64,000 nucleotides of DNA from Sedimentisphaerales bacterium. GTDB taxonomy: Bacteria; Planctomycetota; Phycisphaerae; Sedimentisphaerales; Anaerobacaceae. The translations under genes were made by a program, and so were the position numbers. The stretch is taken from contig OY970194.1 in the NCBI GenBank assembly GCA_963708075.1, positions 3,776,001 through 3,840,000 of the forward strand. The letters run 5' to 3'. A model generated the notes under the pieces. The model was not told the origin of the DNA. It searched no databases and worked only from the letters and a program-made list of their open reading frames with translations. Of this stretch, positions 50,916-59,594 are shown one piece after another. How positions within the stretch are numbered: position 1 is the first letter of the stretch; each line of letters opens with the position of its first letter.

Positions 50916-51785
50916 CTACTCGGTTCTAAAGCGAAAGGCCCAGCCTTTGGCCATGTAGTCGATATCCGATGTCTCATCCACCGGGGGATACTCGACGCCG
51001 TACGTTGCCGTGCTCTGCTTGATCAGCTTGTCCACGCGTTCAATGGTGAATTTGTCCCGCCATTTGCGCATCTCTGCGTGTCCGTCGCAGAAGCCCAGGA
51101 CACTGCTGTCGCCGTGGTTGATCGCGATGGGCCCCCACCAGCCCCACGTGGCCAGTTTTGTCTGCTCGGGCGCTCCGATCACAAAGTGATGGCTTGCATT
51201 CCAGTTTCGTGTTTCCCCGGCTTCCACAAATACATAGCGGGTCGACGGGGCCGTGATCTCGCTGAACATCCTGATCTGCAGACTATATTGGGAGCTGTTT
51301 CTATCCGTGACCCAGTAGAGACATCTGGGAATCGAGTAGCTCACAAAAACCCGGGTCTTGTCATAGATGCTCCTGCGAACGTTATCGCCGGGACAATGGT
51401 AGGTCCGGGGCTCTTTGATATAGGGATACAGGAGCCCCTCCTGGATACCTCGGATTTCATCGTCATCCGTCACGGCCGGTGTTGTCTGTGTATTGTTCAT
51501 CGGACTGCCGTTCAAATCACGCGGCACCGCACACCAGCCGACGTACTTCGGCGTTCCATCGGGTCTTCGTTCCTCGCCCATGTCTTCGCAACTCATGATT
51601 CGACCGTCACAGTCGCCCATGTACATGTACCAGCCGAGGGCAAGGTTCTTGGTATTGCTCAGGCACACGGTGGTCCCGGCCTTCTTCTTGGCCAGGTTCA
51701 ATGCCGGCATGATAATAGCCATCAACAGCGCGATGATCGCGATCACCACCAGCAGCTCGATCAGCGTAAAGGCTCTCGTTTTCAT
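50916..51785 (-). CDS. Prepilin-type N-terminal cleavage/methylation protein with H-X9-DG motif (DUF1559-like)
   Basis: AFTLIELLVVIAIIALL..P; CLSN; HCP; HGDSSVLGFCDGH. Confidence 0.9.
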   Translation of the reverse strand: MKTRAFTLIELLVVIAIIALLMAIIMPALNLAKKKAGTTVCLSNTKNLALGWYMYMGDCDGRIMSCEDMGEERRPDGTPKYVGWCAVPRDLNGSPMNNTQTTPAVTDDDEIRGIQEGLLYPYIKEPRTYHCPGDNVRRSIYDKTRVFVSYSIPRCLYWVTDRNSSQYSLQIRMFSEITAPSTRYVFVEAGETRNWNASHHFVIGAPEQTKLATWGWWGPIAINHGDSSVLGFCDGHAEMRKWRDKFTIERVDKLIKQSTATYGVEYPPVDETSDIDYMAKGWAFRFRTE

Positions 51786-51802
51786 CTGCCAGCTCCATGC
51801 GG

Positions 51803-51890
51803 GATTTACGATTTACCATTTACGAATTGCAGTCGCCGCCGCGTGCGGGCGTGAGCCCAAATCGTAAATCATAAATGGCAAATCCTAAAT
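51803..51890. repeat. Inverted pair of tandem 7-mer arrays (GATTTAC / TAAATCN)
   Basis: gatttac gatttac catttac gaattgc ... caaatcg taaatca taaatgg caaatcc taaat. Confidence 0.85.
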
Positions 51891-51932
51891 GACACCCATT
51901 CTCTCTTGGCACGTATTCACCCACGTCGTATT

Positions 51933-51941
51933 ATTATACCA
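51933..51941 (-). promoter_or_regulatory. Putative extended -10 promoter for the prepilin-type gene
   Basis: TGGTATAAT on the minus strand, ~150 bp upstream of 51785. Confidence 0.5.
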
Positions 51942-51995
51942 GACTCGGGCCGGTAAAATGCAGGAAAATGGCAATTTGTTGCACTTTCGTGATGT

Positions 51996-52931
51996 ATGCG
52001 ACGCTATCTGCAGACTCGTCAGCGAACGGAAAGCACCCCCCAGGCGCTGGTGATCTTCCGCGAGAACGAGGTCTATTTCCCGACGTTCGTGCACGCCGCC
52101 ATTGACCAGGACCGCCCCATCGGGGACATCCGGACCTTTCACGAGCATACGCATGATTTATATCATATCGTGCTCTATACCCAGTCCTCGGGATTCTACC
52201 TGAAACACGGAGCGAAATACCCTGCGGAGCCGGGGACCCTGGTCATCGTCTCGCCGGGTGAGTCGCACGATTTTGTGAGCCTTCGCCATTCCAGCGTGTA
52301 CTCGGAAATCACCTTCTCTCTGGGGACGCGGGCCGGCAAGGTGCTGACCGTTCCCTTCGAGAGAGTCCTGAACTCCTACACCGGGGTCACGGGCCAGCTT
52401 CACAGCGAGCCGCACCTGCCCCGGACCACCACGCAGGAACTGCTCATCATCATGATCCAGATCATGGATTACCTGCAGAGCCCTTCCGCCATGTCGGACT
52501 TCTACGCGCACCGCGCGCTGGCGAGCCTGTTCGATGTGATCGTGGCCCACTGCTATAGCGAGACCATACCGGGCGCCGCCCTTGCCCAGGACAATCCCAT
52601 TTTGCAGGTCAAGCAATACATCGATGAGCACTACGCCGAGGTCATCACCGCCGAAGACCTGGCCTTGATGTCCCACTGCTCCAAGGGCCACCTGTTCCGC
52701 ACGTTCAAGAAATCATTCCGTGTGTCCCCGCTGGCCTACCAACAGGACCTCCGCTTTGCAGCGGCGCAGAAGCTGCTGCGTTTCACCTCGCTTCGCTGCT
52801 ACGAAATCGCCCAGCGCGTGGGCTACTCGAATATCTACTACTTCTACAGGCAGTTCAAAAAGAGGATGGGTGCGACCCCGAGGCACTATCGCCAATCTCT
52901 GCGTCAAGGGGCAGACGGAATCTTGGAATGA
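51996..52931 (+). CDS. AraC family transcriptional regulator
   Basis: Cupin HEHTH..PGESH; C-terminal double HTH with EIAQRVGY..YF.RQFKK..GATP..YR. Confidence 0.93.
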   Translation: MRRYLQTRQRTESTPQALVIFRENEVYFPTFVHAAIDQDRPIGDIRTFHEHTHDLYHIVLYTQSSGFYLKHGAKYPAEPGTLVIVSPGESHDFVSLRHSSVYSEITFSLGTRAGKVLTVPFERVLNSYTGVTGQLHSEPHLPRTTTQELLIIMIQIMDYLQSPSAMSDFYAHRALASLFDVIVAHCYSETIPGAALAQDNPILQVKQYIDEHYAEVITAEDLALMSHCSKGHLFRTFKKSFRVSPLAYQQDLRFAAAQKLLRFTSLRCYEIAQRVGYSNIYYFYRQFKKRMGATPRHYRQSLRQGADGILE

Positions 52932-52953
52932 TGGCATACTCGACGCCGGCCAT

Positions 52954-52982
52954 GTAGGGGCGGGCTTAAAACCCGCCCGTAT
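52954..52982. repeat. GTAG-type REP palindrome (family A) containing the GH36 stop codon
   Basis: gtaggggcgggcttaaaacccgcccgtat. Confidence 0.8.
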
Positions 52983-55236
52983 GTGCCGGAACCAGCTCAA
53001 GTATCTCCTGACCAAACACCGGCAAGGTCAGTTCCACGCCTGTGGATTGCAATTGCCGGCCCAGGAAGTCTCCCAGCCGACGCTCGCTGAACAGCGCGAC
53101 CACCTCGTACCGGCGATCCGGCTTGACCCACGGGATATTGATCGCGCGGCGCTCGACGCCCGCGCTGCCGCGCACCACGACGACCGCGCCGCAGCCTTCG
53201 TCGTTCAGCTTGCCCCACCAATGCCAGTCAGCATCGTCGGGCGCCGGCACGCCGCTGAACTGGAAGTGACGGTAGATGTCCCAGGATCGATGCAGGCGAT
53301 TCACCAGCGAGAATCGTTTCTGGTAGTGCACCAGGTGCTCCGCCGAGAGCGTGCTCAGGTCGCCCGAGAAGACCAGGGGCGCCCCCAGCAGCCAACTGAC
53401 CACCTGCCGATCCTGCACCTCGGCAGTCAGGCTGCCCTGGTGGTCCTCGGTGGCGGCGCCGTAGAATTCGAGACAGTATAGAGGCAGGCCGCGATGCGAG
53501 TAAAAAACCTGCCTCGCCTGGTGACATGCGGCGAGGAGTTCGGCACGAACCTTCTGCGGATCAACGGCAGATGCATTGGTCCCGCGAGAAACGATGCCGC
53601 CACAGGCATTGGGGGAAACGTGATAGCGCGCCGCATGCTTCAGGGCGGCCAGGTCGCAGGGAGCGCCGGGCGTATCCCAGTAGATCTCATGCGTCATCTG
53701 GCTCATCACGTCCGGCGCGAGGGCACGGAGCCGATCCTGGGTCTCCAGCAGTCCCCGCAGACCGCGCAGAAGCGATTCTTTGCGTGTGCGGTTCGAGTGA
53801 TTCTCCGCCAAGTCGCCGTAGATGATGTTGCTGAAGTCCTGTTTGAAATAGGCCGCGCCGTAGCGATCATGCAGCCGGGCCAGGTCCTGGGCATAGAACT
53901 CGCGCCAGGGCGTGGTGAAACTCATCGCGATGCCGCCAAGCCGCGTGACCACCGGTAGAGAGTGTGCGTCGGGCAGCGCTTTCAGGTCAGGCGAGTCCTT
54001 GTCGCGGAAGCAGGACAGCCACAACCCCAGCTTGAGGCCGCGAGAGCGAATGTACTCAGCGGTGGCCGCGAAATCGGGAAACTTGGCCGTGTCCGGTTCC
54101 GTGCCCAGCCGGTCACGCTGCCAGCCATCATCCAGGAGAAACTGCACAAAACCGGCACGGGCCGCCAGGTCGGCTTGCTCGCGGATCATCGCGTCGTTGA
54201 GGTCGGGACCGAAATTGGCCCAGGTGAGCCATTGAGGGGCATCGCATGGCAACCGCTCGCCCACGATGCCGATGTGCCGTGACAGAAACCGCTGAAAGGG
54301 CCCTTCAACGGCCCGGTCCAGGGGCGTCGAGCGTGCGGAGATCGTCTGCTCGACGGGGCCGCCGAAAGCGTACAAGAACACGGGTTCCGAGACAAATCGC
54401 TCGCCGGGCGCCAGCACCCACTCGAACATCGCGGGGTGATAGCCCATCGCACCGTTGCCTGCGATAATTCGCAAGGCCGAGGGAATTTCGCTCGCGGCAA
54501 TCAGGCCGAACATCTCGTCGGACGATGAGAAGCCGATCATACTCGGCTGGGCTCCGTAACCTGCGGGCGTCAGCGGCACGCGTTTGGAGATGCCGGGGGC
54601 GAGAGCGAAGTCATCGATTGTCAACTGCTCGATTTTTCGCCACACACTGCTCTCGTTGGCAATCTCCACCCATTTGCGAACGACCGGCTCGCCGCGATAG
54701 ACCTCGTAGATCACCGTGATGACCAGTCCATCCAAAGCCATCTCTTTCCGGGCACGAGCGCAGATGGTCAGGCGGGACACGTCGGGAGCCGGCGCGGAGA
54801 CTTGCGGCGCGGCCAGCGTGAATTTGTCCGCCCACCGGCTTGCCTGGATACTAACCGGCTCGACCCAGCGGGTCGTTTGGCCAAGGCTCGCGTCATCGTA
54901 TGTGCCGGGGTCCACGTGATGCCCCGGCCGGAAGGTTTGCACGCTGTCGATGGAACCGCCTTCGCCGCCCTTGAGCCCTTTCGGCTGCGCATTGGGTTCG
55001 GCGCGTGTGACCGTGAAGCTCAGCTCGGGCGCCGGGCCGGCCAGCAACTCCTTGTCGTTGACGCATAAGCGGGTTGTGCTCAGGTTCCCATTCGCCAGGT
55101 CAATTGTCCGCTCCAGAATCCCGGCCGAGACACGCACCTCTCGGTCGGAGATTCCAAACGGTTGTGCGGCGTATGTGCGTGTGGACATACATCCAAGCAT
55201 GCCCGAAACCAACAAAAGCGACAGTAGTCTCTTCAT
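52966..55236 (-). CDS. GH36-like alpha-galactosidase
   Basis: Signal peptide; motifs FLLDDGWQ, KFPD, GLKLGLW and YFKQDF. Confidence 0.8.
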   Translation of the reverse strand: MKRLLSLLLVSGMLGCMSTRTYAAQPFGISDREVRVSAGILERTIDLANGNLSTTRLCVNDKELLAGPAPELSFTVTRAEPNAQPKGLKGGEGGSIDSVQTFRPGHHVDPGTYDDASLGQTTRWVEPVSIQASRWADKFTLAAPQVSAPAPDVSRLTICARARKEMALDGLVITVIYEVYRGEPVVRKWVEIANESSVWRKIEQLTIDDFALAPGISKRVPLTPAGYGAQPSMIGFSSSDEMFGLIAASEIPSALRIIAGNGAMGYHPAMFEWVLAPGERFVSEPVFLYAFGGPVEQTISARSTPLDRAVEGPFQRFLSRHIGIVGERLPCDAPQWLTWANFGPDLNDAMIREQADLAARAGFVQFLLDDGWQRDRLGTEPDTAKFPDFAATAEYIRSRGLKLGLWLSCFRDKDSPDLKALPDAHSLPVVTRLGGIAMSFTTPWREFYAQDLARLHDRYGAAYFKQDFSNIIYGDLAENHSNRTRKESLLRGLRGLLETQDRLRALAPDVMSQMTHEIYWDTPGAPCDLAALKHAARYHVSPNACGGIVSRGTNASAVDPQKVRAELLAACHQARQVFYSHRGLPLYCLEFYGAATEDHQGSLTAEVQDRQVVSWLLGAPLVFSGDLSTLSAEHLVHYQKRFSLVNRLHRSWDIYRHFQFSGVPAPDDADWHWWGKLNDEGCGAVVVVRGSAGVERRAINIPWVKPDRRYEVVALFSERRLGDFLGRQLQSTGVELTLPVFGQEILELVPAHTGGF

Positions 55237-55253
55237 GCAGCTTCCTTCAGAAG

Positions 55254-57878
55254 TCATTTCCTGTCACTCCCGAACTCGCGAAACAGTTCCTGGGCCAGAG
55301 GAAAGGTCTGGCTCTGCGGCTGCTTGTCCAGGCAGTAGGTGACAACGCCGTCGCATTTGCCGTCCCGCCAGGCTTGGAGGGACATGCGGAGCCATTCCGC
55401 GATACGCTCAGGCGTTGCCGGATCGCCGTGGCGCTGGCGAAATTCGCTTTGATCGCCTGCCGTCATGGAGATGAAGGGAATGTGAAACCGCCGCCGGCCC
55501 GATTTGACATCGCCGCCGAAACCTGCCTCGAATGCCCCCTGCCGATCCACTTTCCACTTGCCCGGCTCGGCCAGATCAGCCCCAAGCTGCAGATTCTCCG
55601 CACGCAATTCGCTCAAATGCCATCGCACGCCGAAGTTGCTCACCCCCTTCTTGTCCAGAAGCCGAAACGCTACAGTGATACCGGCTTTCCCACGTGCCTG
55701 CCCGGTGACATCGATACTGATCTTGCGCCAAGCGGCCTGACCACCCGCCACATCTTCTTCCCACACGACAGATCCATCGACGAGCAGTTGCTTGAAGTGG
55801 TAGCCGTCCGTTGGCCCGGTGAAGTCATCCCGCTCGCGAAAGGTCAGTACATATCGGTCCGCCGGCAGCACGGTACGGGCGGGTTTCAAACCCGCCCCTA
55901 CGGCTATTACGAAGTCCCCGGCGCTCGACGGCACATCCCATGGGTAACTGAGCTCGCTGGGGGTGACAACGGCAGCGTCGTTGAGGATGGCCCATGTCCA
56001 CTCGATCTCATCGCGATCCTGCAGATAGGCCACCACTACGCCATCGATCACCTCCCGATAGTCCTCAGCGAACTTCGCCCGTATCTCGTCGAAGTACATC
56101 AGGGGCAGGAACGCTAATCGCGGGTTGATGCTCTTTGCTTTCGCCTGCATTTCTCGCAGATAGGCCGGCGTGAACAGCTCGTGGTTGGCATAAAAGTCGT
56201 CGATCACCCAGGCCGTCAGGTTAGAGTGCTGAAGCGACAGCCTCGCGATCTCCTCGCCCCAGCGATGATAGTCCAGCCGAAACGGCTCGGAGTACTGGCT
56301 CCCGTAGCTCGGCGGGCTCTCCGATGGCGGCACGAGATACGGCCAGACCTCTATGCCTGCCTCCGCCGCCTTCGGCAGAAACAGCTTCAGATCGTCCCAA
56401 TCCGTGGCCGCATGCCAGATGAGCCAGTAGTACGTCGTGACACCCAATTCCCTGAGTCTCGCGACCATCGCATCGATGTCCACGCGGCCATCCGGCCGAC
56501 GGAGCTCTGAGTCGTAATCCGCCAGATGTTTGCGGAAGAGCTCCCGTCCTGTCGGCTGACCCGGCTGCCCCTGTCCGGCCGGCGGATTATCCAGGATGTA
56601 ACCGATGTCAACCAGGTACATCTGTCGGCCCAGACCTTCGTGGGTGGCATCGATGGACACAATTCTTCCGCTGCGGCTGAGTCTCGGATGCAGATCGACC
56701 CGGTAGATGTTGGTCGGCGCTGTGGACTTCAGCCTGGCCAGCGGCACGAATTGCCTGGTCGGTATGTGGTACATGAATAGATACTGGTAGCCATCGATAG
56801 CGTAGGTGTCGGAGATGATCCAGTCGCCATCGGGGCGGGGAACATAGCTGACATGGCCGTTGTGGGAGGACTCAAAAAGCCGGCTCTCCGCCTTGCCGGT
56901 CCCATCATCCGGATAGAAGTAATACCCCCGGCCATCCAGGATGTGACTGTCATTCCGCCACTCGTGGTGACTTGGCCGATTGTAGAAGTAACGAACGTCC
57001 GTGCCGGTCGCGGTCATGGAGAAGGCTTTATCGAGATTATTGTCAGGGTCCTTGAGAAACGCGATGAATCGGGAGCCCGAGGGATTCCATCCCTCGCGGA
57101 AGATATAAAGACAGCCCGATGACGGCGGGCCATCGGGATAAGCAATCCGGGCCATCCGATCCAGGCTCATGATGAGCGCCGCCTCTCCAGTATCCAGATT
57201 CATTCGCCAGATGCCCGTTTCCTTCGGAGCATACTGACCCTCATACTTATCCTCGATGCCGACATACGGAGTCCCACCATGCTTCATCCGCTCGAAATCA
57301 TGCGTCAATGCGACGGCGCCATCGGGCGATGGTGTGTAAAAGGGCCGGGGCAAGGTCCGCCTGGCGCCCGTCTTGAAGTTGTAGACCCGGCACACGTAAT
57401 GGCTACCGTCGTCCGACCGATCATTCCACAGGATCTCGTCCGACCCGGGCCGCCACTGCAGCCGGGCCCCTTGCTGCCAGTTCCATGCGGTAGTCTCTCC
57501 AATCTGCGTCCATTTGCACCCGTCTCGCAAATCAATCACGCCGATCTCTGCACGATCGGTCGGCCGAACGTCACGGTTCTGGCAGTGGACCCTCGTGCCA
57601 AGCACGTAGCGATCCGAAGGGTCGAACTGCAGGCACTGATAGAAGAAGAACCCCGTATAATTCGGGCTCTCCTTCGTCCCCGGCTCGGAGATGCGGATGA
57701 GTTTCGGATACTGAGCGTTCGCCCCCGCCATCAACTCCGCAAAGCTCGGATATGTCGTATACGGCAGACTCTCCTGTACCCCGGCTTCTGACAGCACAGC
57801 CGAGCCCGCCAGCAGCACAGTGGGAACGATCACGCAAGCAAACATTTTCCACGTTCTGTTCATCGCTGTTGTCTTCAT
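55254..57878 (-). CDS. Secreted two-domain protein: beta-propeller (oligogalacturonate-lyase/TolB-like) plus uncharacterised TIM-barrel-like domain
   Basis: N-terminal AWNWQQGARLQW, SDTY and DLHPR; P/G/Q linker; C-terminal YYWLIW, WVIDDF and DGVVTYCL. Confidence 0.6.
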   Translation of the reverse strand: MKTTAMNRTWKMFACVIVPTVLLAGSAVLSEAGVQESLPYTTYPSFAELMAGANAQYPKLIRISEPGTKESPNYTGFFFYQCLQFDPSDRYVLGTRVHCQNRDVRPTDRAEIGVIDLRDGCKWTQIGETTAWNWQQGARLQWRPGSDEILWNDRSDDGSHYVCRVYNFKTGARRTLPRPFYTPSPDGAVALTHDFERMKHGGTPYVGIEDKYEGQYAPKETGIWRMNLDTGEAALIMSLDRMARIAYPDGPPSSGCLYIFREGWNPSGSRFIAFLKDPDNNLDKAFSMTATGTDVRYFYNRPSHHEWRNDSHILDGRGYYFYPDDGTGKAESRLFESSHNGHVSYVPRPDGDWIISDTYAIDGYQYLFMYHIPTRQFVPLARLKSTAPTNIYRVDLHPRLSRSGRIVSIDATHEGLGRQMYLVDIGYILDNPPAGQGQPGQPTGRELFRKHLADYDSELRRPDGRVDIDAMVARLRELGVTTYYWLIWHAATDWDDLKLFLPKAAEAGIEVWPYLVPPSESPPSYGSQYSEPFRLDYHRWGEEIARLSLQHSNLTAWVIDDFYANHELFTPAYLREMQAKAKSINPRLAFLPLMYFDEIRAKFAEDYREVIDGVVVAYLQDRDEIEWTWAILNDAAVVTPSELSYPWDVPSSAGDFVIAVGAGLKPARTVLPADRYVLTFRERDDFTGPTDGYHFKQLLVDGSVVWEEDVAGGQAAWRKISIDVTGQARGKAGITVAFRLLDKKGVSNFGVRWHLSELRAENLQLGADLAEPGKWKVDRQGAFEAGFGGDVKSGRRRFHIPFISMTAGDQSEFRQRHGDPATPERIAEWLRMSLQAWRDGKCDGVVTYCLDKQPQSQTFPLAQELFREFGSDRK
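55873..55901. repeat. GTAG-type REP palindrome (family A), in frame inside the CDS
   Basis: gtacgggcgggtttcaaacccgcccctac translates as VGAGLKPART on the minus strand. Confidence 0.85.
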
Positions 57879-58068
57879 TCATGTCCTTCCTGTGTCTGTC
57901 GTTTCAGATAGGGGACAGCATGCCCGTCAAGTCTCCTTCGAATCGTTCATGCCTGGTACAGGCGTTCACCTCTTGTTCTTATACCCCCGTGCCGTTCCCG
58001 GTGCAACCGGCGGAAGAATGACGCGGCAAATGGACGGTAAGAGGCTTGGTGAGACTCTGCCTCTTACG

Positions 58069-58097
58069 TTGACAGAGCGTGTGCGTCAGGATACCTT
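58069..58097 (+). promoter_or_regulatory. Putative sigma70 promoter
   Basis: TTGACA-N17-TACCTT, ~50 bp upstream of ATG 58146. Confidence 0.55.
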
Positions 58098-58145
58098 CAG
58101 TTCAGTGTGGTCGCACAAGTTGAGACGGAATTCATAGGAGATCGA

Positions 58146-59561
58146 ATGGTGATAGTCTCTGAGTCGCATCCGCGCTCGCGCCGGCACATCGGTTGTCTTC
58201 ACGCTCTATTGGTGATCCTGGCTGCTCTGTCCCCCTGCGTATCCGCTTCACAGAAGAGCCAGGCGGGGTCGGCGTTGCAGGTGAGCGACAACGGCCGATA
58301 CCTGGTCCATGCGGATGGAAAGCCGTTCTTCTGGCTGGGCGATACGGCGTGGCTGCTCTTCCAGATGACCACGCGCGAGGACGCGGATTTGTACTTGAAG
58401 GCCCGTGCGCAACAGGGATTCACCGTCATCCAGGCGGCCGTTGTCATGGGCGAGGAGCGGGTCGGCGGGACGCTGCGGCCCAATGCTTACGACGACCTGG
58501 CCTTTTCCAACGGCGATCCGACGAGCCCTCTGGTCACGCCCGGCAATGATCCCGGGCAGGCGCAGCAGTACGACTATTGGGACCACGTGGACTACATCGT
58601 CGAACGGGCCGCGGCGCATGGATTGACCCTTGGGCTGCTGCCCCTGTTCGTCGGGTGGGGAGGCGACGGATACAAATATCTGACCCCCGAGAGGGCCTGC
58701 GGCTACGGCCTGTTTCTCGGACAGCGCTACCGGGACAAACCTCATATCCTCTGGATCCTCGGAGGGGACAACACACCCGATACCGAGGCCAAACAAAAGG
58801 TCTGGCACGAGGTGGCCCGGGGAATCACCGTCGGCGTCACCGGCACGGAGGACTACAGCCGGACCCTGATGACCTACCATATCAACGGCGGCAACTCCTC
58901 CTCCAAGTGGTTCCACAAGGCCCCGTGGCTCGACCTCAACATGATCCAGGTGTGGGGCAATGAGAAGGAGATCTACCCTGAGATCACGAAAGACTATCAA
59001 CTCACCCCCGCCAAGCCGACGGGCCTGGGTGAAGGCTCCTACGAGGATGGTCCCCAATACTCCACCCGGCCCATCGATGCCTTCAAGATCCGCAAGCAGG
59101 CCTACTGGTCTTATCTCGCCGGCGGCTACCACACTTCCGGCAATACCAACACGTGGAACTTCAGCTCCTACAAACCCGAAGGGACGCAGGACTGGAAGAC
59201 GGCGCTCCAATCCTCCGGCGCAGCTCATCTTTCTGTGCTGGCGAGATTCTTCCCGTCCATCGAGTGGTGGAAGCTCGTTCCTGATCCTGCGATTTTCGCC
59301 GACGGGATGGGCGAAGGCGAAACCCGCAATGCCGCCATGCGCTCCACGACGGGAGACCGCCTCCTGGTCTACCTGTCGAGTCCCGTCACCGTTTCTCTGC
59401 ATCTGAACGCAATATCCGCTGCGGCAAGGGCCCGCGCGACGTGGATCAATCCGCAAACCGGCGAGCGGTCCGCAGCCGGGGAATTCCCCACGACAGGGCC
59501 CCACTCGTTCTCGCCGCCGAAGGACTGGCCCGATGCTCTCTTGTTGTTGCAAGCCATGTGA
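58146..59561 (+). CDS. DUF4038 / GH140 (apiosidase-like) protein with C-terminal putative collagen-binding domain
   Basis: Motifs DGKPFFWLGDTAW, QGFTVIQ, WILGGD, GEGSYE, WINPQTG and DALLLL; AGGAG RBS. Confidence 0.85.
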   Translation: MVIVSESHPRSRRHIGCLHALLVILAALSPCVSASQKSQAGSALQVSDNGRYLVHADGKPFFWLGDTAWLLFQMTTREDADLYLKARAQQGFTVIQAAVVMGEERVGGTLRPNAYDDLAFSNGDPTSPLVTPGNDPGQAQQYDYWDHVDYIVERAAAHGLTLGLLPLFVGWGGDGYKYLTPERACGYGLFLGQRYRDKPHILWILGGDNTPDTEAKQKVWHEVARGITVGVTGTEDYSRTLMTYHINGGNSSSKWFHKAPWLDLNMIQVWGNEKEIYPEITKDYQLTPAKPTGLGEGSYEDGPQYSTRPIDAFKIRKQAYWSYLAGGYHTSGNTNTWNFSSYKPEGTQDWKTALQSSGAAHLSVLARFFPSIEWWKLVPDPAIFADGMGEGETRNAAMRSTTGDRLLVYLSSPVTVSLHLNAISAAARARATWINPQTGERSAAGEFPTTGPHSFSPPKDWPDALLLLQAM

Positions 59562-59594
59562 GTGACCTCGCTTTTCATTTAAGGAGAATCCGCC

